Notes under the pieces: generated by a model | Database searches by the model: none | What the model was told of the DNA's origin: nothing | Seen by the model: only the letters and a program-made list of their open reading frames with translations | Shown: one piece after another, positions 29,370 to 39,831 of the stretch | Numbering within the stretch: position 1 is the first letter of the stretch | Layout: each line of letters starts with the position of its first letter | Assembly (NCBI GenBank): GCA_949294555.1 | Contig: CASFHP010000008.1 | Location: 583-64,582, forward strand | Direction of reading: 5' to 3' | Source: an uncultured Eubacteriales bacterium | GTDB lineage: Bacteria > Bacillota > Clostridia > TANB77 > CAG-508 | DNA length: 64,000 nucleotides | Position numbers and translations under genes: made by a program

Positions 29370-32019
29370 ATATAATCCAAGAGATTTTGAAGAAAAATTG
29401 TATCAAGAATGGGAGGAAAAAGGATATTTTAAACCAAGTATGGATAAAACCAAAGAAAGCTACTGTATTATGATGCCACCTCCAAATGTAACAGGAAAAT
29501 TACACATGGGACATGCATTAGATGGCACCATTCAAGATATTCTAATTCGTTTTAAGAGAATGCAAGGATATAATACTTTATGGCTTCCTGGAAGTGACCA
29601 TGCTTCTATTTCTACAGAAATGAAAGTTGTTGAAAAATTAAAAAATGAAGGTAAGACAAAACAAGAACTAGGAAGAGAAAAATTTTTAGAAGAAGCTTGG
29701 GAATGGACAAGAATTTATGGTGGAACCATTCAAGAGCAACAAAAGAAATTAGGATGTTCTTGTGACTGGGATAGAAGAAGATTTACATTAGATGAAGGGC
29801 TATCTGACGCTGTTTTAGAGCAATTTGTTGATTTATATAATAAAGGACTAATCTATAAAGGAAAAAGAATGATTAACTATTGTCCAAGTTGTAAAACCTC
29901 TATATCAGACGCAGAAGTAGAATATAAAGAAGAGGCCTCTCATTTATGGCATATCCGTTATCAAATAACAGGAGAAAAAGATAGATATATCATTGTTGCA
30001 ACTACAAGACCTGAAACTATGCTTGGAGATACAGCAGTTGCAGTTCATCCAGATGATGAAAGATATAAAGATTTAGTTGGAAAAACATGTATTTTGCCAA
30101 TTATGAATAAAGAAATTCCAATTATTGCAGATGACTTTGTTGATAAAGAATTTGGAACAGGTTGTGTTAAAATCACACCAGCACATGATATGAATGATTA
30201 TCAAGCAGGTTTAAAACATAACTTAGAGATTGTAGAAGTATTTGACGAAGATTACAAAATGGGAGATTTAGTTCCAGAATATAAAGGAATGGATTTATTA
30301 GAAGCTAGAAAAGCAATTGTCAAAAAGCTTGAAGAAATTGGAGCTTTAGTAAAAACAGAAGACTATACCCATAATGTAGCAAAATGTGAAAGATGTAAAA
30401 CAACCATAGAGCCTAAAATCTCTGAGCAATGGTTTGTTTCTATGAAGGATTTAGCAAAAAGAGCAGCAGACTCTGTAAGAAATAATGAAGCTAGATTTAT
30501 TCCTAAAAAATATGAAAAACAATATTTTAACTGGTTAGATAATATACAAGACTGGTGTATATCAAGACAATTATGGTGGGGACATCAAATACCAGCATAT
30601 TATTGTGAAGAATGTGGACATATTAATGTTGCAAAAACAGCACCTGAAAAATGTGAAAAATGTGGAAGCACAAAATTACATCAGGATGAAGATACATTAG
30701 ATACATGGTTTAGTTCTGCATTATGGCCATTTTCAACTTTAGGTTGGCCAAACACAGAAACAGAGGATTACAAAACATTCTATCCAACAAGTGTCTTAGT
30801 TACAGGATTTGATATTATTACTTTCTGGGTATCAAGAATGATGTCACAAGGGTTAGAATTTACTGGCCAAGCACCATTTAAAGATATTTTAATCCATGGA
30901 ATGGTACGTGATAGTCAAGGAAGAAAAATGTCTAAAACTTTAGGAAATGGTATAGACCCAATAGAAATTATTGATGAATATGGAGCAGATAGTTTGCGTT
31001 TTGCTGTTATATCAGGAACCACAATGGGAAATGATATTAGATATATGCCAGAGAAACTAGAGCAAGCATCAAATTTTGCCAATAAAATTTGGAATGCAAC
31101 GAGATTTATTAGAAATAACGAAGTGAAAGATGAAGATATCATTGATTTCCATACAAAGGTATATGATAAAGAAACGAAAAGATACAAAAATGATTTATTA
31201 AAATTAGAAGATAAATGGATTATTAACAAATTAGAAACCTTGATTACAGAAGTAACCAATAATATGGAAAATTACGATTTAGGAGTTGCACTTGATAAAG
31301 TATATAACTTTATTTGGAATGAATTCTGTGATTGGTATATTGAAATGGTAAAACCAAGATTGTATAGTAATGATTATGAAGAAAAAGTAAAGGTTTGCTA
31401 TGTTTTAGATTATGTATTTGGTATTTCAATGAAACTATTACATCCATTTATGCCATTTGTAACAACAGAAATTTATAGAAACTTAGTAAAATACAATGAC
31501 AAAGAGTTAATGGTGTCAAAATGGCCACACGCAAAAACACAAAATCAATTTAAAGACGAAGAAGATTTTGTTGAAAGATTAAAGTCAATAATAACAGAAA
31601 TCAGAAATACAAGAGCAAATATGAATGTACACCCAACTAAAAAGGCAGAATTGATTTTTGTAACTGAAAAATATGAAAAAGAAATAGAGGAAGCAAAAGA
31701 ATTCTTATTAAAATTAGGATTTGGAAGTAATGTTCTTATTCAAAAAGATAAGACAGGAATTAAAGATAATGCAATTAGCATTGTAGAAGATGGAATAGAA
31801 TTATATATGCCATTTGAAGGATTAGTAGATATGGAACAAGAAAGAAAAAGATTACAAGACGAAAAGAAAAGGCTAGAAGGAGAAGTAGCAAGATGTGAAA
31901 AAATGTTATCTAATCCAGGATTTATGAATAAAGCACCACAAAGTAAAATTGATGAAGAAAAAGCAAAATTAGAGAAATATAAAGATATGCTAGCAAAAGT
32001 AATGGAATCATTAAAATAA
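29359..32019 (+). CDS. valS: Valine--tRNA ligase
   Basis: PPPNVTGKLHMGHA, DWCISRQLWWGH, DTWFSSALWPF, KMSKT, C-terminal coiled coil. Confidence 0.98.
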   Translation: MNDKYNPRDFEEKLYQEWEEKGYFKPSMDKTKESYCIMMPPPNVTGKLHMGHALDGTIQDILIRFKRMQGYNTLWLPGSDHASISTEMKVVEKLKNEGKTKQELGREKFLEEAWEWTRIYGGTIQEQQKKLGCSCDWDRRRFTLDEGLSDAVLEQFVDLYNKGLIYKGKRMINYCPSCKTSISDAEVEYKEEASHLWHIRYQITGEKDRYIIVATTRPETMLGDTAVAVHPDDERYKDLVGKTCILPIMNKEIPIIADDFVDKEFGTGCVKITPAHDMNDYQAGLKHNLEIVEVFDEDYKMGDLVPEYKGMDLLEARKAIVKKLEEIGALVKTEDYTHNVAKCERCKTTIEPKISEQWFVSMKDLAKRAADSVRNNEARFIPKKYEKQYFNWLDNIQDWCISRQLWWGHQIPAYYCEECGHINVAKTAPEKCEKCGSTKLHQDEDTLDTWFSSALWPFSTLGWPNTETEDYKTFYPTSVLVTGFDIITFWVSRMMSQGLEFTGQAPFKDILIHGMVRDSQGRKMSKTLGNGIDPIEIIDEYGADSLRFAVISGTTMGNDIRYMPEKLEQASNFANKIWNATRFIRNNEVKDEDIIDFHTKVYDKETKRYKNDLLKLEDKWIINKLETLITEVTNNMENYDLGVALDKVYNFIWNEFCDWYIEMVKPRLYSNDYEEKVKVCYVLDYVFGISMKLLHPFMPFVTTEIYRNLVKYNDKELMVSKWPHAKTQNQFKDEEDFVERLKSIITEIRNTRANMNVHPTKKAELIFVTEKYEKEIEEAKEFLLKLGFGSNVLIQKDKTGIKDNAISIVEDGIELYMPFEGLVDMEQERKRLQDEKKRLEGEVARCEKMLSNPGFMNKAPQSKIDEEKAKLEKYKDMLAKVMESLK

Positions 32020-32024
32020 ATGTG

Positions 32025-32150
32025 AATGGGGACGAGCGATGATTTGGGGACGGAGCAAAAATCATCATTTCTATAAAGATTTTTTATAAAACTTTTTATA
32101 GAATAAATGATGATTTTTGCTCCGTCCCCAAATCATCTTCCGTCCCCATT
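32025..32150. repeat. REP-like doublet of family G between convergent genes
   Basis: 33-bp perfect IR 32038-32070/32105-32137 plus outer aatggggacg/cgtccccatt. Confidence 0.9.
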
Positions 32151-32411
32151 AATATCCATATCTTCTAAATTTTTAGAACGTGCATATGGTTTTGGCTCAT
32201 CTGTTATTCCTAATAGATAATCAATAGAAGTATCATAATAAAGTGATAAATTTATTAAAATCCTTGTAGGGATGTCATTTTCACCTGTTTCATATTTTGA
32301 ATAACCTGTTTGTGACATGTTTAAAATTGTCGCAATTTTTTTTTGTGTCAAATCATGGTCTTCTCGTAATGAACGAATTCGTGTGTAAACTTTAAAAAAT
32401 TTGTTATTCAT
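32133..32411 (-). CDS. XRE-family HTH transcriptional regulator
   Basis: IRSLREDHDLTQKKIATILNMSQTGYSKYETGENDIP...SIDYLLG. Confidence 0.9.
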   Translation of the reverse strand: MNNKFFKVYTRIRSLREDHDLTQKKIATILNMSQTGYSKYETGENDIPTRILINLSLYYDTSIDYLLGITDEPKPYARSKNLEDMDINGDGR

Positions 32412-32554
32412 ATTTTTACCTCCTTTAATAGTGTCCCCATTTATTTATTTTTAAAATGAAAATGAAAAAAGTTCTTAACAAAACTGTGAAAAAAACCTAA
32501 AAATGAGTAAAAAAAGAGTTTATAAAAATATTTTAAAATATTAAAAAATTACTA

Positions 32555-32610
32555 TTGACTTTTAACCTAAATTAGGTTAAAATATAAATCGAATAACCTG
32601 AAACAGATTA
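32555..32610 (+). promoter_or_regulatory. sigma70 promoter with palindromic operator(s)
   Basis: TTGACT-17-TAAAAT; palindrome ttttaacctaa-a-ttaggttaaaa 32560-32582; second degenerate site taacctgaaacagatta 32594-32610. Confidence 0.7.
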
Positions 32611-32746
32611 AAATACAAAAGTGCGATACAAATAAAATAGCCATACATGTTTCAGGAACGAGGCTATTTTATGCATTATTCTTAACTATAAATATAGTGG
32701 GGGAGACAAACACAATAGAAAAAATAAGGAGGTGAAGGAGGAAGAT

Positions 32747-33385
32747 GTGAAAAGAGTTATATATCGTCGAGGAAAAAGAGCGACCAAAAAGAAAATAAAC
32801 AAGAAAAAACTATTTGGGCTAATCCTTCTTTTTGCAGTCTTTGTGATTATATGCATTGAAATGTATAGTAAAAAAGAAAGCAATGCACATGCAACTAGCG
32901 ACACTTCGGTTGAAATTACAAATGAAACTACGGACAATAACACAGTTTCTGAAGAAGAAAAAAATATTGTAGATGTGGATATCCCTGATACCGTAGGCGG
33001 TTATAATGTCTTAGGTCAATTGGTACTAGAAAAGATAGGTGTAACACAAAATATTTTGGATAGAACTGAAGATGATTCTTTAAAAGTTGGGGTAACAAAA
33101 TTTTATGGACCCAAGATTGATCAAGCTGGAAATTTTTGCATATGTGGTCACAATTACGCAGGTATCTTGAAAGATTTGAAAGAAATGAATGAAGGAGATG
33201 AATTTTATATCATCTCAAAAGATAAAAAAGAAAGAGTGGATTACAAAATTTATGATATGTATTCATGTGAGCCAACAGATTTATCTTGTTTAACGCAAAA
33301 CCAAGACGGAAAGAGAGAAGTAACTCTGATAACATGTGATCCTGGGGGATTAACGAGGCTAATATGCAAGGCAAGAGAGATGTAA
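32747..33385 (+). CDS. Sortase
   Basis: N-terminal TM, GNFCICGHNY (His), VTLITC (Cys), downstream Arg. Confidence 0.9.
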   Translation: MKRVIYRRGKRATKKKINKKKLFGLILLFAVFVIICIEMYSKKESNAHATSDTSVEITNETTDNNTVSEEEKNIVDVDIPDTVGGYNVLGQLVLEKIGVTQNILDRTEDDSLKVGVTKFYGPKIDQAGNFCICGHNYAGILKDLKEMNEGDEFYIISKDKKERVDYKIYDMYSCEPTDLSCLTQNQDGKREVTLITCDPGGLTRLICKAREM

Positions 33386-33450
33386 CGTTAAAAAATGTAT
33401 TGATAAAAGTACATAAGATTATAAAAAAATAAGAAAGGAAAGTGAAAAAA

Positions 33451-34131
33451 ATGAAAAAGAAAATATTAGGAATAGTAATAACATTAGTAATAATGATGGG
33501 AATGATGGTAAGCCAAGTAAATGCTGCCACAATAAGTGCAAGTAATACAGAGGTAAATAAAGGAGATGAATTGACAGTAACCGTTAATTTAGATAATCCA
33601 ACACAAGCAATCGATTTAGTTTTAACTTATGATGCAAATAGTTTTGAATATGTAAAAGGTTCAGTAACTTCAAGTATTGGAGACTTAACAGTAAATGACA
33701 CAGTAGCTGGAGAAGTAAGATTATCAGCTGCAAGTGCAACAAATTCAACAACATCTGTAACATATACATTTGTTGCAACAGAAAACACAGATGCAGCAGC
33801 ATTTAATGCTAGCGGATTAGTAACAGAAAGTGGAGAAGAATTTACAGTTGATTCTGTATCAGTTAGTGTTGTAGAAGCAGAAGAACCAACACAACCAGAA
33901 AATCCAGAACAACCAACAAATCCAGAACAACCTTCAACAGAAAATCCTGGAGAAACAACAAATAACGAACAAAATGGTAGTGAAACAAATACAGACGCTC
34001 CATTAGTAGATGAAAATGGAAATGTTATTACAAAATTACCACAAACAGGTGTAAATGTTTATACAGTAATTGCAGGAATTGCAGTAGTTGCAATCGCAAC
34101 AGTTTTCGTGGTTAGAAAAGTTAGAAAATAA
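33451..34131 (+). CDS. Cohesin-domain LPXTG cell-wall anchor protein
   Basis: Signal peptide; cohesin-like VNKGDELTVTVNL...LTYDANSFEYV; PEQP linker; LPQTG + TM + RKVRK. Confidence 0.8.
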   Translation: MKKKILGIVITLVIMMGMMVSQVNAATISASNTEVNKGDELTVTVNLDNPTQAIDLVLTYDANSFEYVKGSVTSSIGDLTVNDTVAGEVRLSAASATNSTTSVTYTFVATENTDAAAFNASGLVTESGEEFTVDSVSVSVVEAEEPTQPENPEQPTNPEQPSTENPGETTNNEQNGSETNTDAPLVDENGNVITKLPQTGVNVYTVIAGIAVVAIATVFVVRKVRK

Positions 34132-34144
34132 GGAGGAAAAGAAG

Positions 34145-37100
34145 TTGAATAAGAGATTAAAAATAGTATCATCATTAGCATTAGCTGGAATGCTAGTAAC
34201 AAGTAGTTTGGGTATGAACAAAGTATTCGCTGCAACAGCAGAAGATAATTATACAACAAATCCAGTAGCTGTATATAGAAATTTAGTAGAAGGAAAAACA
34301 GTTGTACCATTTGTATTAGTAAATAGAGATGATGTATTAACTGTAAAAGATGTTGTAGAAAGTGATATGTTCAGCGGAAAAGTAGAAACAATCAATGGAA
34401 CAGCAATTTCTTCACTAGACACTTTAGTAGGTACAGGAGATAAATTTACAACAACAGACGGAACAGAATATACAATTGTTGTATATGGAGATGTTGATGG
34501 AGATGGAAGAATTAATGCATTAGATGCTTTACAAGTAGAAAGAAGTAATGTAAATATGGTTACTTTAGATGATGTACAAAGAGAAGCAGCAGATGTAAAA
34601 AATGATGCTAGAGTAAATTCATTAGATTCTTTAGCAATTAAGAGATATGTTGTAGGTTTAAGTGAAAGTGTAATAGATACATTACCAGAAAAAGAAGAAG
34701 TAGTAGAAGATTCTAATTACACATTAAGTTTAAAAGATGCTAGCTATGTAAACAGCACAAATGTTGAAGGAGCTACATTAAAAATGGACTTGAAAGAAAC
34801 ATTAGATAAAGCTACAAATCTAAAACTTGTTGTATCTGATGGAGAAAATAAAGTAGAACAAAATGTAACCGTATCAGCACATACAGATTATATGGAAATC
34901 GCTTTATCATCTTTAGCAGGATTAAAAGATGGAACATTAACAGTTGATTTATATGATGGAGAAACCATTGTAGGAACTGTTCAAGTTGTAAAAAATACAG
35001 TAGTTCCAGATGCTACAAATGTAAATGCTAATCGTACAAGTACAAGAAATGCAACACTTTCTCTAGAAAAATGTGGAGCAAGTGATGTAACAAAAGTAAA
35101 ATATGTAGTTAAAGGAATGAATGATGCAACACCAGCATTAACAGAATTAACAAATTCTGTAGATGTTCAAAATGGAAAACTAACAGATGCTCAAATTGCT
35201 GACAATCTTCAAACAAATACAGCATATAAAGTATTCTATGTAGTAGAAAACCAATATGGTTCACAATCTGCAATTAAAGAAGCAGTTATTGCAAGTGATG
35301 CTGCAAATGTAGAAGCAGAAAAAGCATTACAAGAAGTTGTAGCACCAGATTTAACAGAAACTGCAGAAGCGAAATTTACTTGGTCAGAAACAGGAAACAC
35401 ATATGTTGCAACATTATACAAAGATGGTTCAGCAGTTAGTGAAAAAACTGTAACAGCAAGTGAAGTAGACTTCTCAGCAGAAATGAAAGCAAATGGAACA
35501 TATAAAGTTTCAGTTGTTGTAAAAGGTGCAGATGATGGTTCATCTACAAATTTTCCTGCTAAAGAATCAGCAGAAGTAACAGTAAGCACTTTAAAAGCAG
35601 TTGAAGATTTAAAATTTGAAAATAGAGAAAATGGAAAAGTTGTATTATCATGGACAAATCCAAATGGTAAAGATGACTTCAAAGCATATGACATCGACTT
35701 ATATACTGTTGATGCAGAAGGAAAAGAAACAAAAGTGCAAGATGTAACTTGTAATAAAGTAAATGCAAATAATGAACTTGTAAGCGAAGTTGAAGTATCA
35801 TTAAATACAAATACAATTTATGTTGCTAAAGTAAAACTTGAAGCAAATGATAATCAAGCAGGTGTATTAAGCACAAATTATGTTGCTTCAGAGCAATTCT
35901 ATAAAGTTGCAGCTCCAAATATGGATACAGCAACAAAAGGTTCAACAAGCGTTACATTCACAATTAATCCAATTAATATTGCTAATAAAGAAGTAACATA
36001 TAAAGTTGAAGTATATGATGTAAAAGTAAATAATGATGCAACAGAAGCAAGATATACATTAAATTCAACAAGAGATGTTACAGTAAGCAAAGATAACAAA
36101 ATTACAGTTGATGGTTTGACATCATTAAATACATATGCATTCAAACTAGTTGCCACAGTTGATGGAAACGAAGTTGAATCAGAATATAGTGATGAAATTA
36201 GAACATTACCAACAATTGAAAACTTAACAGTTGATACAGCAGTAGAAGCTGGAAAAGCAAATTCAGGAAAAATTGCTGTTGATGGTAATAACCTAGTAAT
36301 CAATGGAGAAGCATTTGATACAACAGAAATTACAGAATTAGCAACAGCTAAAACAGTTCTTGAGCATCTTGAAGTAGGAGATGTTGTAACAATTAATGAT
36401 AATGCTACAAATGTTACAGTGAACTTAGCTGGTGCAGCTTCAACAACTACTGTTGCAGAAAGAGATTTTGGTGATTTATCAAATGCAACTGTAACAATTG
36501 AAAACAACCAATACAACAAAATCATTAAAGGAACATTTAAAGCATTAACATTAAATGGTAATGGAGCTATTTATACAGTTAATGATGTAACAAGTGAAAA
36601 TCCTATTGTTGTTGCAGATGGTGTAGAAGTTGTAGGAGATAAAGCTTACACAGTTCAAGCTGGTGCAAATGTTATCATAAATGATGTAAAAGTTAGTGCA
36701 ACACAAGAAACTGCAATCAGTGCTTCTGGTAAAACATTAACAGTTACAGCAAATGAAAGTGCTAATAACTTAGTATTTGAAAACGCTTCAGACGAAGCAG
36801 CTACAATCGTATTTGATGGATTAGATAACAATACATCAGAACAAAAAGGAACAATCACCATTAAATCAAATGGTGGAAAAGTTACTGTAAAATCTGATAA
36901 AGTTAATGTAAGTGCAAATATGAATGTTGAAGTTAATAACGGAACAGTAGATATTACTGCACCATCATTAACAGGAGATAAAACAGTTACAGTTTCTGCT
37001 GATGAAGGAAAACAATCATCTGTTATCGCTCAAACAGAAACATCTGCTCCAGACGCAGTTAAAGCTAAAGGAACAGTTGAATTAAAAGCATATACAGATG

Positions 37101-37291
37101 ACCAAATTAAAGAAGTATTTGGCGTTACAGACCAAGATGAAATTATTGCAATTAGCGAATATATTGATTCTTTCGGTTTAAACGGAAAAGGTGCTACAAT
37201 CACATTTACTACAACTGATGAAGGTAAAGAAGCTGTTATCATCACAGTGAATGGTAATGTTGCAGATGTAGACATCAGTAATATTAAATAA
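34145..37291 (+). CDS. Large secreted surface protein with type I dockerin and Fn3/Ig-like repeats
   Basis: RBS aaggagg + TTG, signal peptide; duplicated EF-hand YGDVDGDGRINALDAL / ADVKNDARVNSLDSLAIKRY; Fn3-like LSWTNP...YxxKV units. Confidence 0.8.
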   Translation: MNKRLKIVSSLALAGMLVTSSLGMNKVFAATAEDNYTTNPVAVYRNLVEGKTVVPFVLVNRDDVLTVKDVVESDMFSGKVETINGTAISSLDTLVGTGDKFTTTDGTEYTIVVYGDVDGDGRINALDALQVERSNVNMVTLDDVQREAADVKNDARVNSLDSLAIKRYVVGLSESVIDTLPEKEEVVEDSNYTLSLKDASYVNSTNVEGATLKMDLKETLDKATNLKLVVSDGENKVEQNVTVSAHTDYMEIALSSLAGLKDGTLTVDLYDGETIVGTVQVVKNTVVPDATNVNANRTSTRNATLSLEKCGASDVTKVKYVVKGMNDATPALTELTNSVDVQNGKLTDAQIADNLQTNTAYKVFYVVENQYGSQSAIKEAVIASDAANVEAEKALQEVVAPDLTETAEAKFTWSETGNTYVATLYKDGSAVSEKTVTASEVDFSAEMKANGTYKVSVVVKGADDGSSTNFPAKESAEVTVSTLKAVEDLKFENRENGKVVLSWTNPNGKDDFKAYDIDLYTVDAEGKETKVQDVTCNKVNANNELVSEVEVSLNTNTIYVAKVKLEANDNQAGVLSTNYVASEQFYKVAAPNMDTATKGSTSVTFTINPINIANKEVTYKVEVYDVKVNNDATEARYTLNSTRDVTVSKDNKITVDGLTSLNTYAFKLVATVDGNEVESEYSDEIRTLPTIENLTVDTAVEAGKANSGKIAVDGNNLVINGEAFDTTEITELATAKTVLEHLEVGDVVTINDNATNVTVNLAGAASTTTVAERDFGDLSNATVTIENNQYNKIIKGTFKALTLNGNGAIYTVNDVTSENPIVVADGVEVVGDKAYTVQAGANVIINDVKVSATQETAISASGKTLTVTANESANNLVFENASDEAATIVFDGLDNNTSEQKGTITIKSNGGKVTVKSDKVNVSANMNVEVNNGTVDITAPSLTGDKTVTVSADEGKQSSVIAQTETSAPDAVKAKGTVELKAYTDDQIKEVFGVTDQDEIIAISEYIDSFGLNGKGATITFTTTDEGKEAVIITVNGNVADVDISNIK

Positions 37292-37341
37292 GGTCTCCAC
37301 CTAAAAATTCATATAAATTTGAGTGCCTATAAGGTACAAAG

Positions 37342-37379
37342 ATAATAGAAGATATCATAAGATATCTTCTATTATTTTT
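37342..37379 (+). terminator. Rho-independent terminator
   Basis: ataatagaagatatc-ataa-gatatcttctattat followed by a T run. Confidence 0.8.
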
Positions 37380-37532
37380 GTACATAATTGGAAAGTCATA
37401 CTGATTAAAATGTCATAAGCAAAGAAAATATTAAAAAGGCCCGCTATTGTTCTAACATCTTTTCAGCAAAATAGTTACAATAAATTAAATAAGTATGTTA
37501 TAATAAAGTCGAATATATAAAAGAGGTGAGAA

Positions 37533-37558
37533 GGTTGAAAAATAATTCTTTTCCAACC
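37533..37558. repeat. Internally deleted (termini-only) copy of family F
   Basis: ggttgaaaaataattcttttccaacc equals the joined ends of the 7699-7817 element. Confidence 0.7.
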
Positions 37559-37592
37559 AGGTTTGTGCCTTAAGAAAGGAATGAGATAAATT

Positions 37593-38264
37593 ATGCAAAA
37601 AATTCTAATTGTTGAAGATGATAAAAAATTAAGACAAGAATTAGAAACGTTTTTAAATAAAAATGGATTTCTAGCAAAAGGACTAGAAAAATTTGATAAT
37701 ACCATTTGCGACATCATAGATGAAAAAGCAGATTTGGTATTATTAGATATCAACTTGCCATATATGGATGGAGAATTTGTATGTAAAGAAGTAAGAAAAC
37801 TATCTAATGTACCAATTATTATGGTAACAAGTAGAGATAATGAAATAGATGAATTAATGAGTTTAAATTATGGGGCAGACCAATATGTTACAAAGCCATA
37901 TAATTTACAAATATTACTTGCCAAAATAACAGGATTACTAAAAAGAAACCAAAATTCAGGAAGAAATCCAGAAAAGATTGACTGTAATGGATTTGTCTTA
38001 AACATAGCAGAAAGAGTTATAGAAAAAGAGAATCAAAAGATAGACTTAACGAAAAATGAATATAGTATTTTATATTATTTAAGTAAACATAAAGAAAAAG
38101 TAGTATCAAGAGATGAGATTATGGACTATTTATGGGAAAGTGAAGAATTTATTGACGACAATACACTAAATGTAAATATAAAAAGATTAAGAACAAAGTT
38201 AGAAGAATTAGGATTAAAAGATAGAATAGAAACTAAAAGAGGGCAGGGGTATATATTAAAATGA
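37593..38264 (+). CDS. OmpR-family response regulator (BceR/GraR-like)
   Basis: ILIVEDD, LLDINLP, KPY, DDNTLNVNIKRLR, TKRGQGY. Confidence 0.92.
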   Translation: MQKILIVEDDKKLRQELETFLNKNGFLAKGLEKFDNTICDIIDEKADLVLLDINLPYMDGEFVCKEVRKLSNVPIIMVTSRDNEIDELMSLNYGADQYVTKPYNLQILLAKITGLLKRNQNSGRNPEKIDCNGFVLNIAERVIEKENQKIDLTKNEYSILYYLSKHKEKVVSRDEIMDYLWESEEFIDDNTLNVNIKRLRTKLEELGLKDRIETKRGQGYILK

Positions 38265-39277
38265 AATTTAAGGATTTTATAAAAGATAAAGTCATATTAA
38301 TTGTAACTATCATATTGGCATTAATCAGCATAGAAATATTATTGTTGGCATATCCTATTGGAATAGTTGTAAAAATATATATTACAGCTATTATTGTTAT
38401 GGTTGTAGCTATTTCGCTATTATTAGAATATAAAAGAAAACAACATTTTTATAATCAATTAAAAGCGAATATGGACGAGTTAAAAGAAAAGTATCTAATT
38501 TCTGAAATTATCAAAACACCTAATTTTATAGAAGGCAAAATTTTAAAAGAAGTTATACAAGATACAGGAAAATCTATGCTAGAAAATGTAAATTACTATA
38601 AAAATATTCAAGAAGAGTATAAAGAATATATAGAACTATGGATTCATGAAGTAAAAATACCAATTGCAGCAAGTAAAATGATTATTGAAAACCATAAAAA
38701 TGAAATAACAAAAAGTATAGATGAAGAATTAGATAAAGTAGAAAACTATACAGAACAAGCATTGTATTATGCAAGAAGTAATGCAGTCGAAAAAGATTAT
38801 ATTATTACCAAAACCAACTTAAAAGAAATTGTAAATGGAGCCATATTAAAAAATAAAAGTACATTATTAAATGAAAGAGTTGTCTTAGAATTAAAAGATT
38901 TAGAGCAAGAAGTTTATACAGATAGTAAATGGGCAACATTTATTGTTAACCAAATTATACAAAATGCGATTAAGTATTCAAAAGAAGAGAATAAAAGAAT
39001 AGAAATATTTGCAAAATCAAAAAATGATAAAGTCATTTTATATATAAAAGATAATGGAATCGGTATCAAACAAGGTGAGATCACAAGAGTATTTGAAAGA
39101 GGATTTACAGGAGAAAATGGAAGGAGAATAGGACAAAAATCAACAGGGATTGGTTTATATTTGTGCAAGAAATTATGTGATAAATTACGCCTTGGTATAG
39201 AATTAAATTCTAAAAAGGATGAAGGAACAGAAGTAAGAATTATATTTCCTAAAAATAGTTATACGAATTTGAAGTAG
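38261..39277 (+). CDS. Intramembrane-sensing histidine kinase (BceS-like)
   Basis: Two N-terminal TMs, WIHEVKIP, NAIKYS, DNGIGI, GFTGENG, STGIGLYL. Confidence 0.92.
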   Translation: MKFKDFIKDKVILIVTIILALISIEILLLAYPIGIVVKIYITAIIVMVVAISLLLEYKRKQHFYNQLKANMDELKEKYLISEIIKTPNFIEGKILKEVIQDTGKSMLENVNYYKNIQEEYKEYIELWIHEVKIPIAASKMIIENHKNEITKSIDEELDKVENYTEQALYYARSNAVEKDYIITKTNLKEIVNGAILKNKSTLLNERVVLELKDLEQEVYTDSKWATFIVNQIIQNAIKYSKEENKRIEIFAKSKNDKVILYIKDNGIGIKQGEITRVFERGFTGENGRRIGQKSTGIGLYLCKKLCDKLRLGIELNSKKDEGTEVRIIFPKNSYTNLK

Positions 39278-39346
39278 TTTGGATAAGAGTATAATGCTGG
39301 AGAATGTTAGGGTGTGAAAATAAATAAAGTATTTTATGAAATGTTA

Positions 39347-39409
39347 TTGACATAATTTTAAATATGTTATATAATGTAATCAACTATCAATTGATAGTTG
39401 ATTACATTA
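39347..39409 (+). promoter_or_regulatory. TA promoter with 38-bp perfect palindromic operator
   Basis: TTGACA(39347)-17-TATAAT(39370); taatgtaatcaactatcaa|ttgatagttgattacatta 39372-39409. Confidence 0.8.
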
Positions 39410-39421
39410 GGAGGTAAAAAA

Positions 39422-39826
39422 GTGGCAGAAGGATATCAAGCAACCAAAGGAAATGTAGAAATTTTTCTAAAAGAACTAAAAGAAATACTAGAAAACCCTA
39501 AATCAAAAGTGAATATTATTCCAAGAGAAGATAAGCCAATAGAATATTCAACAGATTATTGTTTAACAGATTTAGGCATGAATAAAGAAGATATAAAAGA
39601 AGAATTAAAAAAATTGAAACTTGATGAATATGTGGAATGTTGTCCTGATAAAAGAAACTTAAAATCAAGAGATTATTATATATTTTGTAAAATATATAAT
39701 CAGAAACAAGTATACATAAAAATAAAAATACAAAGTTATGATAATAAAATTATATTATGTATGTCATTTCATTATGCGGAATATGAAATAACTAAATTTC
39801 CATACAAGGGAAAGGAGGTAGAATAG
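39422..39826 (+). CDS. Putative MqsR/RelE-like toxin
   Basis: RBS ggagg + GTG; C-terminal VYIKIKI...ILCMSFHYAE; directly upstream of an MqsA-like gene. Confidence 0.65.
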   Translation: MAEGYQATKGNVEIFLKELKEILENPKSKVNIIPREDKPIEYSTDYCLTDLGMNKEDIKEELKKLKLDEYVECCPDKRNLKSRDYYIFCKIYNQKQVYIKIKIQSYDNKIILCMSFHYAEYEITKFPYKGKEVE

Positions 39827-39831
39827 ATAAA

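Noticed and set aside
35236-37275. Long antisense ORFs (e.g. 35899-36525) and other shadow ORFs in the track
   Set aside because: They lie opposite well-supported genes with strong codon bias and lack SD sequences and motifs
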